A DNA stretch of 64,000 nt from Vicugna vicugna. Its lineage: Eukaryota. The position numbers were made by a program, and so were the translations under genes. Below the pieces are notes generated by a model. It saw only the letters and a list, made by a program, of their open reading frames with translations. It did no database searches and was not told where the DNA came from. The stretch is from the NCBI GenBank assembly GCA_013265495.1, contig MU058844.1, forward strand, positions 6,819,260 to 6,883,259, written 5' to 3'. How positions within the stretch are numbered: position 1 is the first letter of the stretch; each line of letters starts with the position of its first letter. Below are positions 41,095 through 52,934 of the stretch, piece after piece.

Positions 41095-42550
41095 CAGACA
41101 TACGGATCAATGTAACAGAATAGAAAGCTCAGAAATAAATCCACACACTTATGGTAAATTAATCTTCCACAAGGAAGGCAAGAATATACAATGGAGAAAA
41201 GACAATCTTTTTAGCAAGTGGTTGTGGGAAAACTGGACAGCTTCATGTAAATCAATTAAGTTAGAACACTCCTTCACACCGTACATAAAAATAAACTCAA
41301 GATGGCTTAAAAAATTAAATATAAAACATGACACCATAATTCTCCTAGAAGAGAACATAGTCAAAAATTTCTCTGGTATAAATTGTAACAATGTTTTCCT
41401 AGGTCAGTCTCCCAAGGCAAAATAAAATAAATAAAAGCAAAAATAAGTAAATAGGAATAGGACCTAATTAAACTCACAAGCATTTGCACAACAAAGGAAA
41501 CCATAAACAAAACAAAAAGACAACCAACAGAATGGGAGAAAATATTTGTAAATGATGTGACTGAACAAGGGCTTAATTTCCAGAATATACAAACAGCTCA
41601 TACAACTCAATAACAAAAAAACAAACAACCCAATCGAAAATGGCAGGACACCTAACTAGGCATTTCTCCAATGAAGACATCCAGATGGCCAATAGGCACA
41701 TGAAAAAATGTTCAATATCACTAATTATCAGAGAAATGCAAATCAAAACTATGAGGTACTACCTCACAGCAGTTAGAATGGCCATCATTAAAAAGGCCAC
41801 AAACAGTAAATGCTAGAGAGGGTGTGGAGAAAAGGGAATCCTCCTACACTGTTGGTAGGAATGTAATTTGGTGCAGCCACTGTGGAAACTGTCTGGAGGT
41901 TCCTTAAATAACTGAAAATAGAGTTACCATATGATCCAGCAATCACATTCCTGGGCATATATCTGGAGAAAACTATAATTCAAAAAGATACATGTACCCT
42001 AATGTTAATAGCAGCACTATTTACAATAGGCAAGACATGGAAGCAACCTAAGTATCCGTAGACAGACAAATGGAGAAAGATGTGGTACATATATGCAATG
42101 GAATATTAGTCATACAAAGAATGAAATAATGCCATTTGCACTGACATGGATGGATCTAGAAATTATCATACTAAATGAATTAAGTCAGACAGAGGAATAC
42201 AAACATTACATAATATAACTTATATTGGAATCAAAAATGATACAAGTGAACTTATTTACAAAACAAAAGGAGACTCACAGACAGAAAACAAACTTATGGT
42301 TAACAAAGGGGAAAAGATAGGGGGAAGGATAAATTTGGAGTCTGGGTTAGCTCATACATACTACTATATATTAAATACATAAATAACAAGGACCTACTGT
42401 ACAGCACAGGGAACAATATTCAATATCTTGCAATAACCTATAATAAAAAATATGAAAAAGAATATGTATGTATATAACTAAATCATTATGCTATACACCA
42501 GAAGCTAACACAATATTGTAAATCAAATATACTTCATTAAAAAAAAAGAA
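41095..42550 (+). mobile_element. Young 5'-truncated L1 (ORF2 C-terminus, 3'UTR, poly-A)
   Basis: ORF2p remnant (WENWTASCKSIKLEHSFTPYIKINSRW); caagacatggaagcaacctaag; ends tatacttcattaaaaaaaaa. Confidence 0.95.
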
Positions 42551-42821
42551 GCATCACTGGAAAATATGGAAACCTATGAAGTGTAAATTATATGACTAAA
42601 ATTATTTTGAACTGCTCAATGTATTAGGATTGTGTAATGGAAAAATATTTCCATTATATAAAAATTCCAAGCTGTATATAACATTCCATGTAGCTGAATA
42701 TTTGGATATTTTATTAATCTCAAAAATAAGTAGAAATTAGATTTTTAAACAGTGCCTTAGAGAAATTTTTAGTAATTTTCTATGAAAATAACAATTGCTA
42801 TCATTTCCATGAGCAAAAACA

Positions 42822-42960
42822 ATTTTTCTCACTTGTTAAATTAGGGATATTAGTTAACAGTCCTATTGAGTTATTATGATATTCAATTACATAATTCATG
42901 GAAAGTGCTGAAAACTATACCTGTACATTTTAACTATTCAATAAGTGTTAATGCTTATTC
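42822..42960 (+). mobile_element. MIR SINE, 3' half
   Basis: ttctcacttgttaaattaggga...catggaaagtgctgaaaactatacctg...attcaataagtgtta. Confidence 0.65.
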
Positions 42961-44885
42961 TTGTTGTTCATGGGAAACTTTTATTACAGCACTATAAAAA
43001 TAGTTAATATGAGTTGAGGCATTCTATGACATATTTAGCAATAATTTTTAAAGTTTACATCCTCCAATGCTAAAGTGTTAGCCCAAAAACACATTTTAAA
43101 ATGTTTGCCTTTACTTTTACTTCTGGATATGGGAAAGTTTCACAAAATGTGTCCTTTAGCCACTAATATTCACTAACCATATTCCAGATAGAATATTTGT
43201 AGTGTTCTCTGGTGTAACCAGATTTATGCTTTTTATTTTTGGTCATATTGTTTTGTGAGGATCATTTATTGAAATAATCAAGAAGTTTGTTTGTTTATAA
43301 AGTTATAGTTCATCTAAATACATTTTAGAAAATGAGTGCATTATTTCCTATGAGTATTTGACAGGAATGCACACCCCTACTTTAGCTATCTCTTTTAGGA
43401 ATGAGAAGAACAGAATCTAAGTAAAAAGTTTATTTTATAATGAAAAATGGCTGTTTATGTTGAAGTGAATATAATTTTTAATTATGCACCTCAGAATCAA
43501 GAATTATAAAATGTCTGCATTGGCTTTCTACATTTGTTTACAACCTCTCTGTCTTAATAGGTGTCAGCCACGTTGAGACCTTACTTTCCTCATAGGAATC
43601 CTTTCTCCAGAAAAGGTTTCTGCTCATCTTAATATTTCTGAATTAGGCTTTATGTTATTAGATTACTTAATTCAGGTAAGGATCACCCTGCAGATTAGCC
43701 ATCCAAAGCAAAATGTGAGGAGACATCACTGTCAGAAAATCAGTTGTGTCAGATACATTGACTGAAATTCACTCGGAATCTACGTAAGTGTGGACCAGGC
43801 AACAATACAAGTAAGTGTAGAAATGACTATCTCCCCTTAAGACTGAAATGTAGTAAGATGCACCAGATGTTTCCCAAAGTAAATAAGAAGTTCAAATTCT
43901 AACCTGTTCATGAAACAGAAATGAGTAGGGAATAGAAGAAAGTGCTTGATGTACATTTGTAGAACATAAATATTTTGGTGTAAATATTTTATATATTTGT
44001 TCATATCCCAGAAAAGGAGGGACTGATTTGTTAGGTTTCATTTTATTTGGGTAGATAGTGAATGTTCAGTTAGAGAGGGTGCTCTGACCTTCAAAATGTC
44101 ATTATGAGTTGTCAAGAAAATTCTAATCGTTTTTAATGCACACATACTTTCTGTGGAAGATAAGATAATGAAGATCTGTTAAGGACAGAACTTCTACTTA
44201 TCTGATCATGTGACAGGTGATTTAAGTCAATGTGAATAACTTACCAATGTATGGCAGTCTGCTCTGTTACTTGCATTGTTCATTGCATTGTTGTATTCCA
44301 TCACTAGTCCAATGTTCTATCTAGCTTAAACTCACATCTAACTAGAAGATTTTGCATTCCCTCTCAAAAATCATCAAATATCCTCATATGGAATATGAAA
44401 TTAGCTTGATTGGGAATTGTTTTGTGTGATTTCTGTGGCTTTGAAATACTAGATAATTATGGCTGCATGAGTCGTTCTTCCTGAAATCTGTTATTTTTCA
44501 CAGTTGATTTATCTTAAAAACATTAACTATTTCTGTGAAATGTATGCATCGGCTATAGTTGGCACTAAATTGACAATGGAACAGATGTTATGTCGTTTAT
44601 ATACTTTTGAATTGTTCTCTACAGTGGGGGTGGGAAAGGGAGACTTAAGGTACTTAAGTGAAAAGGGAGAGAGAGAAGGATAAAGACTCATGACAGGAAA
44701 GAAGAACTAAGATACCGTATAAAAGTTTTGTCCTTAGTCCTTTATTTTCATTTCTTCCTAGCTCCCAAAGTAGCTGTCTTTAAATTATGTTCTTATACCC
44801 CTACTCCCACCGTTTTTTCTGCCTTGAGAGGAAAAGCTAGGTTGAGTGGATATAGATATAGATCACTTGATCGATCAATCTCTCC

Positions 44886-44916
<31 letters not shown>
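44886..44916. repeat. (CT)n(AT)n compound microsatellite
   Basis: Seen directly. Confidence 0.9.
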
Positions 44917-44918
<2 letters not shown>

Positions 44919-47249
44919 GTTGATATGCCAAAAGGATGCTCTCAGCGTGGGTCCAGGTATATCTGTGCATATTCCTGAATATTAGAAGTTATAAATTCAT
45001 ACCCTATACAGGTTTGTTGTTTTTGTTTTGTTTTGTTTCTTTTGCTTGTAATTTAGCTGATTGTTATAAAAAACTGCTTTGCTTCTGTTTTCCAATATTT
45101 TGGAGAATCATGTACACATTGCCTTCTCCCAAAGGTGTATGCTTTACTCCCAAAGATGTATTACTTCAGATTTCATTTTATACCATTTTACTATATATCA
45201 TTTAACAGTGGGTAGGAAACTATACATAGAAATAAATAAGTTTCATTGTCCCAAGATTAGGATAGATGGGCTATTATAAGTTCCATTAAAAAAAACAAAA
45301 ACAACAACAAAAACAACACTGTCCTTGGGGAATTAGGAAAAAAAAATGACCTTAGTAAATTATAACTTTCTATGATTATTATCCCTTTTCTTTACTTGCT
45401 GCCTTTATTTACATTTCTTTGAACAATGAACTTAAAATCAGGCTTCAATCTTTTTATCATGTGTCATTCCTATTTCCCCAAATCCCAGTAATCATTGGTC
45501 AGAAAGTATACTTAAGAGTGAAAATTTAGCATTTAATTTAATTCTGCTGGCTTGAACCACCTCTTGCTTTTGTGAAATGCTTCCATGGAAGAGAGACTTC
45601 AGGAATGTGCCAGTTGTTTTGTCCAATGCTGACATGCTGCCAATATGTAGAAGACGGAAATCTATTTTGTGAATATAATTGATCTTGAATAGGGTCAAAC
45701 TGTTTATTTAATTCAAATATGATGCTAAATTAACTTGTTAATGTGTTCACAGGGCATAAACAAACATCTCAAATGTACTGTTTATGTTCATAAGTTGATG
45801 TGTTAATAAATTTTCCTCAGCAAGCTTTCATCATATAAATCCCTTTGGGCTTATCATCTAAAATTCCTAATCTGTTAGAAACTATTTGGGGGGTGGGGCT
45901 TACACAAGGTTAGAATTATTTGGTTCCTCAGTAGTATCCTTTGTGTGTTGGCATTTTTCCTCCAAAGTAAAAAGCATTTTAGCTGAAAATGTGCTTAAAT
46001 ATATCTTTCAAATCTTTAAGCAAATCTAGGACAAGGACTTAAAACAAAATTAGACTGAGTACATTTGAGGATATAAGCAAAATAAAAGGCTGGCTAATTT
46101 AGTGCAAAGTACACACAAATCAATGCTATAAGGATTTGTTCCATTAAGTAAAAATGTAATTCTATAGAAATATGTTGATTTTTTGTGAAAAAAATAGATA
46201 AATAAAACTGAGCTAGAAAATAACCAATAGTCACATTCAATTACTGTCTTCATAAATTTACACATTAAAAACACCCTTGTAGCTTCACACTTAATATTTG
46301 AATTCTTTTATTAGTACTCAACATCTCTTTATATGAGAGGAAACCTATTGAATTTTCACTGAAATTTCCATAGCAGTTATTATGTTTTTTCCCAAGTCAA
46401 TGTCTCTCACAGTATAGTCAAATTTATGGTTAGAGAATTACTTATTCACTGTGATAGTTGGGCTGAATAAAGAAGAAGGCAGAGTTTAAAGCACTAAAAT
46501 TGATCAGTGTAATGCAGGAAAAGATCATGAAAATCAGAGTGTTTAATAAGAAAAATAAAACCTGTATACAAAAGAAATCTCTTGGGAACTTCAAGTACAA
46601 ACATGGAAAAGTTTAATATTTTACTAACCAATATTGACTTTGCCCTGTTGTTTCTCCCTCTTCCTATCAATTGGTGGATTCCCTTAATGATATCTTAGTC
46701 TGATTTCATAGTTGGTACTCACGTTTGGTTATACTAAGTGTCTGCTGTTATCCTTTCCCTAGGTTGGGAAGGAGGAAGGAGCACAGCCTCAATGATTTCC
46801 TCTGTCTCTTCTAGTCCGTACCTATTGACGAAGTTTCTTTAGCCACTAAGTATGAGCGGACAGAAACGTACTCTACTTTCTTTTAATTTTTCGTGTTAAA
46901 TCTATAAAACACTTTACCCTCTCTCATGTCCAGAGGTAGAAGAAGCATACTAGACCAAGTAGCAGGACTTTTACAAGCCTAGCCTTGGAGAATTTAGTAA
47001 CTTTGGTCTCAACAGGGTACTCACTGCTTCCACCATATCCTGCATTCTCTGGCAGACTCTGAAGACAAGACCATATGTCAATCAGTACCTGATACAAGCT
47101 GTACCTCATAAAACCATTATACCTAGGGGAATATTATAGTGAAAGGAAATGGTTGTTAATAAGCATTAAACTATATTGCAGCCAAATAAAGACAATGCAT
47201 TTGGAAGTACTTTGACAGAGTCACTAAGTCAGAAAACATAGATTCAAAG

Positions 47250-47345
47250 GCATTCATTCACTCATTCATTCATCTAATCATATATTCATGTGTTCATTCA
47301 ACAAATACTTTTTGAACTCCTGCCATATGTAAGGCACAGTGATGG
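47250..47345 (-). mobile_element. LINE-2 3' tail
   Basis: cattcattcactcattcattc...ttcattcaacaaatactttttgaactcctgccatatgtaaggcacagtg. Confidence 0.8.
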
Positions 47346-47939
47346 CAGTATGGAGTTTCCAACAAATAGCTCTTTTTCCAACAAGCACAGGTTCAGAAAT
47401 GGACAATGTTAGTATCTCAGTATCAACTGTTGTATAAAAAAGAGAACAGAATAGAAAAACCACTCACTATACAAGATAGCTTATAAAAAGATCAGTTATC
47501 CTGTTACTGAATAATAATGGCTTGGAAACATAAACTTGTAATCACTCTTTTTGAAAGGACTTCCTAGAATATATTACACAAAACATATACACATGTCCTT
47601 GAAAGCAAAGTTCAAACAAACATAGATATTAAGAAATAATCCTATAAAAGTAATTGTGTTTTATAGTAGCTTATGAAACATTTAAGGAAGTTGAGAATGA
47701 GTCATATATTAGACATAATTAAGTAATATTCTAATATAATCTGCCATTATAGATTTGTGATAAAAAGAATTATTTTAATTTTAGGAATTTGAATTTTAAA
47801 AATGAAAATACTATATTAAATAAACTTACTAAACATTGCATATATTCTAGATATTTTCACACATAAACAACAAAATAAAAGGTCCAATTTATAAGGTGGT
47901 ACATATTATTGTCTCTATAGTATTTTAGTGACTTCCATT

Positions 47940-49440
47940 TATCATAAACTGAAAACAAAAACAAACATAAAATCCTATAAAGTAGCCATATGAGTAAAAA
48001 GGCACATTAGCATCAAAGGCATAATAATAATATCTACTGCTCACTTTTCAACAGTAACAATAGGAACCCAGAAGACAATGGAATACTATTTTAAAACCCA
48101 GAAAGAAAATAAGTGCCAACATAAAATTCCTCACAAAGTAAAAATTACTTTCAAAAATCAAAAGAAAACGAACACATATTTAGCACACTAAACTAAATCA
48201 TTAATGGGCCAGTAGAACTTCAATAAAAGATATCATAAAGTGGAATTCTTCAGACAGAAGGAATAAAATCTCAGAGAGAAACACAGAAATGCAAGAAGAA
48301 ATGAGGGACAACAAAAGGGCATACATATTTACATATATATATATATATATACATATGTGTGTGTGTGTGTGTGTCAACAAGTACTGCCTTTACAAAATAA
48401 TAATGATATCATGTACTATTTAAAAACATCTTTAATCAAAATACACAAATTAATAAAAATAAAGGTGGACATGATATAGATGTAATTAAAGAGTTCTAAT
48501 CTTATAGCATTATTGGGAGAGGAGATAAACATAATTTGTTTTAAATTTTAATAAATCTGGGAGTCATAATATTTAGATAACTAACAAGTTCATAAAGAAA
48601 AAGCAGGATAAGAAAAATATTGTCTTCAAAAAAAGGTAAGAAAGGGGAGAAAAAGTAATTATCTATTCAAAAAAACGTAATTAATATCATGCATTTCAAA
48701 TAGAACACAAATAAGAAAATGATCGTTATAGCCCATATGTTTCAGCAATTACTCTAAATCTAAGTTAACTAGTTTTTTTTTTTAAACTATAAGATTGTCA
48801 GACTGGATAAAACATTAAAAAAAAAACAAATACATGCTGTTTACAAGGGACATACTTTAAACCTAAAGACACAGAAGTGTTAAAATGAAAAGATGGAAAA
48901 AGATGAATGTCAACCTAGTCAAAGACGAGTGGTGTAGCAATACTATCATCAGACAAAGCAGACTTTAGGATAAGACATTTTTAAGAGAAAAGAGGGACCA
49001 TTCATAATGATAAAATAGTCCTCCAGGAAGATAACACAATTCTAAATCTACATGCATCCAAATTAAATAGCTTCAAACTAAATAGAGAAAAAAAAACTGA
49101 CACAATTAGAAGGAAAAAATAGATAAACCCCAATCATAATAGAATGCTCTCAATAACTGATTGAACAAGCAGAAAACTGTCAGTCAGGGTTCAGAGGATG
49201 TGACATCCCAATTAACAAGCTTGACCTATTTGACATCATTTACCATGCGTATCTGCAGTCAACAATGAGAGTGCAGATTCTTTCCATGAAGCATCATGCA
49301 ACATTGCACATATCACATTTATTGACACTGTATGCAAGAATCATCAAATTTTGTAGGATAGCAATATGTTCTCTGACCACAGTTAAATGAAGTTACTGAT
49401 TAATAAGTAAAACATAATTAAAAGAATAAATAACACATAT
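47940..49440 (+). mobile_element. Ancient L1M (ORF1 3' end through ORF2 endonuclease)
   Basis: cagaagacaatggaatactattttaaaa (ORF1); agattgtcagactggataaaa...atgctgtttacaag...atcagacaaagcagacttta (endonuclease). Confidence 0.8.
48333..48374. repeat. (AT)n(GT)n compound microsatellite
   Basis: Seen directly. Confidence 0.9.
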
Positions 49441-49619
49441 AAAAATTATATCATATATAATTTAAAGGGTTTTTTAAAATTTCATATACATATCAGATCA
49501 AATTTAAACTACAATCCTGCTATATACAACATTTTCTAAAATATGTTCAAATGTCAACATTTATGAAGTAACTTGATTTAACTTGACGGCATTTAATTCC
49601 TCATATTCAAGCATGAAGG

Positions 49620-49875
49620 CCATGGGGCAGTAGCTAAGCAAACAAGATCAGTACACTTAGTTCAGATTTTGATTCAGCTTCTTGCTAGCTAGCTGTGTGA
49701 TCTTAAACAAGGTACTTAACTCCACTAAACTTCAGTTTGCTGATCTGTAATACAGGGATAATGATGGTGTTTATGTTATAGTCTGCTTGGGGAGATTAAT
49801 GATAATGAAGTGGTTTACACATAGCAGAAAGAAATATTTTCAGAAAATACAGTGGTGTGCATTCAATACATGATA
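49620..49875 (+). mobile_element. MIR SINE
   Basis: ctagctgtgtgatcttaaacaaggtacttaactccactaaacttcagtttgctgatctgtaatacagggataat. Confidence 0.8.
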
Positions 49876-50623
49876 TTTTCTTGTTACTCAGTCTCTCTGA
49901 TTCCACAGAATGTAATCAGGCAAGGTGTATTTTGGAACTCTGGAGATATGCCTCAAGACAAGTATTTTTCACAACAGCGCTGTGGTAATTCTTTAATCTC
50001 CTATTTAATACACGTATTTGCCTTCAGGGAAAGGTATATTGGTGAATCCATAGCAAAACTAAAATACTGCAATAGTGAACACCATCCACTTGGTAATAAA
50101 AGTAGCTCAAAAATTATTTTCTTTTTTGTCTTTCGGTTTCTCATGTCTGAAACAAACACCATGACAGCTAGATGAACTGAGTCCTCTGTTTCTTGGTCAG
50201 AGGTTCAAATCTGAAAGTATTAGAAATGTTGAAAATAAGCTATAGTGATTTGGGGGATGAAAACATTTGACCATGATGTAATCTCATAAAATAAGATGAA
50301 CATTTGTTGTAAGAATTTTGATTGACTTTACTTATGGACTTATTTTTAAAGCTTTGTATTTGACTATCATTACTGCGAAATTGAAAAGATAGAAAATTTA
50401 ATAAAGAAAGAGTTATGAAATCATTGGTATGTCTACTGTTTTATGCTTGAGAAACTCTGAAATCTGTTAAAAATGATCTATTTCATTTTAAGTGCAACAT
50501 GATCTCCGCTGAGACAACTGTACTAAGTCTCTGTTGACCTAGTATAATGTGAACAAACTGAAAAACCCCTAAATAATAAAAATACCCAAATATGAGAAAT
50601 TTATTGTTTTAAAAATGTCAGTT

Positions 50624-51198
50624 TGTATTAGTTTCTGATTGCTAAATAGTGATTACCTCAACTTTAGTGGCTTAAAACAACTAGCTCATAGTTCTGTAGG
50701 TCGTGAGTTCTGTAGGCTATGCATGCCATGACTAGATTCTCTGCTTGGGGTTTTACAGGCTAAAATCAGACTGTCAGAAGGGCTGAGCTCTAGGATAAAG
50801 GTTCTGGGGAAGAAACTGCTTCCAGTGTAATCCTGTTTTTTGGAAGGATTAAGTTCCTGTAGTTGTAGGACTAACGCTCTTATTTTTCTGTAAGCAGTCA
50901 TCAGGGGACTTAGCTTCCATGTTACTTGTTATATGGCCCCTACTATCTTCAGAGCCAACTGAGAATTTCTCATATGTAGAATCTTTCCCATTTTGAATGC
51001 TTATTTCCTCTGTGTTTGACCTCAGGTGATTTGGTCATGTCCACTGGATAATCTCCATATTTATGGTCAATTGATTTAAGGCATTATTTACATCTGCAAA
51101 ATCTCTTCACAACAGTAACCTGATTAGCTTTTGATCAAGTAAGTGGAAGGAGATATGTAAGCACCAGGCTGGGAATTGTCTTAGATTCTGCCTAACAC
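50624..51198 (-). mobile_element. MaLR LTR (MLT1E-like)
   Basis: tgtattagtttctgattgct...ttagtggcttaaaacaa...catagttctgtagg...tacatctgcaaaatc...ttagattctgcctaacaca. Confidence 0.85.
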
Positions 51199-51721
51199 AA
51201 AGTTTAATAATATTATTGGCTTTACAAATTGAATTTTTCAACTTCATTATTTCCTTTAAAAATTCCTAAAATAGCAGAAATGGGAAAATACTATTTTAGC
51301 TGTCATCAATTAATTTTCAAATCAGTACCTTTAATTAATTGACAAAATTGATTCTAGTAATTTTTCCTGTTTTTTTCCCCAATTTTTGTTTATTTGAATT
51401 GACCTTTTGTGACCATCTGCAAAAAAACTGATTATGTTTTGCATGATTGAGCTGAAAAAAACACATAAAACTGTCTTAAAGAAGGGCCTACTTTATGTAA
51501 ACAGAAATTTCATCTCTGTTATTCAAAACATAGTTCTAAATTGATTCATTTCTATCTAGTCTTCTCATTTATCTAACTTGCATAAGATAATCAATCAAAC
51601 TTGAGGTTCTTATCTGGTTATTAAATTATTTTCTTTATTTTTCAGGTAGACAGAGTGAGGGCAGCTGAGCACTGATTAAGTATAAAATTGAATCCATAAA
51701 TTCACTACATATAACACAAAA

Positions 51722-51932
51722 AAGGGCCAGAAAACTTCTGTTAAGGCCAGATAGTAAATATTTTAGGCTTTGCAGGCCATAAGATCTCTGCTGCATTTTC
51801 TTTGTGTTTAGTTTCTTTCTTTCTTTTTTATAACCTTTTAAAAATGTAAAAGACATTCTTGCACTATGGACTGTATCAAATCAAACCACGGATCAAGTTT
51901 GGCTAAGAGGACAACAGTTGGCCAACTACTCT
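51722..51932 (+). mobile_element. MER58C-like hAT transposon
   Basis: aggccagatagtaaatattttaggctttgcaggccata...taaccttttaaaaatgtaaaagacattctt. Confidence 0.8.
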
Positions 51933-52004
51933 AAAAAGAGAAAAGGAATGTAGTGAACAATCAACAAGTAATCTTCCTATTATTATTGTTATTTTAATAT
52001 CATT

Positions 52005-52200
52005 TAAAATTTACTTAGTGTTTGTTATGTGCCAGATTTTGATTTACATGTATTATGTTGGGAAGAAGGCATATTTTTATGCTCACATAACCGATGAGGA
52101 AGTTTAAGCTAAAAGAGACTGACCAAGTTGTCCAAGGGCAAAACACTACTAAATAGTGCTGCCAGTACTAGACAACCAACTCCACACTTTTAATCTGTAT
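52005..52200 (-). mobile_element. MIR SINE
   Basis: atttacttagtgtttgttatgtgccag...gatgaggaagtttaagct...ttgtccaaggg. Confidence 0.65.
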
Positions 52201-52934
52201 ACTTGAAACTGTAACTACATACACATTAAATAGCAAGATGAACAGTAAAACAATTCCAGAAAAAGATATATTACTTTTGCAAGCCTTGAAGATGAATTAT
52301 TAAACGTCTTAAGATTTTAGACTATATAAGGTTTTCATTTCTGATGTAATAATATTGCTGTGAGACAAAAAGCAAAATTTCCTATTTCAACAAGAGAGTA
52401 CAGAATTCCAAAGGAAAAAATATTTGCAGGCACTAATAACTGGTTATTTCTGTCATATTATGAAGGCCAACTTATCTTTGAAAAATATTAATCAATTATT
52501 TTCTGACACTTTGAAAAACAACTAGTGCCTATAATTTACTTTCCAAGCAGAGAAAGTTAGAGCTGCTTTAGATGTGGAGACAATAGTTTTCTTTTCCCTC
52601 AGGACCTTCTAAGTGATATTTCTTAATATACCTAGTGAAAAATTGTATGTTCTAAATATTCCTTTACATAAAGGGTTATTTACTTTATTGGTGAAAAAAA
52701 GTATAAAATGATCATATCCATTAGACATACATTTTTATAAGGAAAATTATTGACTCTGTTTATTGAAATTACTCTGAAAGTCCCTAAGGAAATCTTGTTC
52801 AGAGAGGTGTAAGATATATATACTTTTTAGTGTTCTAAAGTAGCAGAGTACAAACCTAATCTTTTCTTTTTTAACTTCTTGTGAGAGCCTGAGTTTTTAA
52901 ATTGCAAAGACTTGGGTGGAGCTAGTCCAGAAAA

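Noticed and set aside
43596..43681. Plus-strand candidate exon (ILSPEKVSAHLNISELGFMLLDYLIQ, CAG|GTAAGG)
   Set aside because: No recognisable homology and no partner exons; consistent with a chance pseudo-exon.
44245..44316. 72-nt open minus-strand exon (NIGLVMEYNNAMNNASNRADCHTL) with a TTG|GTAAGT donor
   Set aside because: No polypyrimidine tract at the acceptor, peptide unrecognised, and joining it to the 57-kb and 47-kb candidates gave stop codons in the frames tested.
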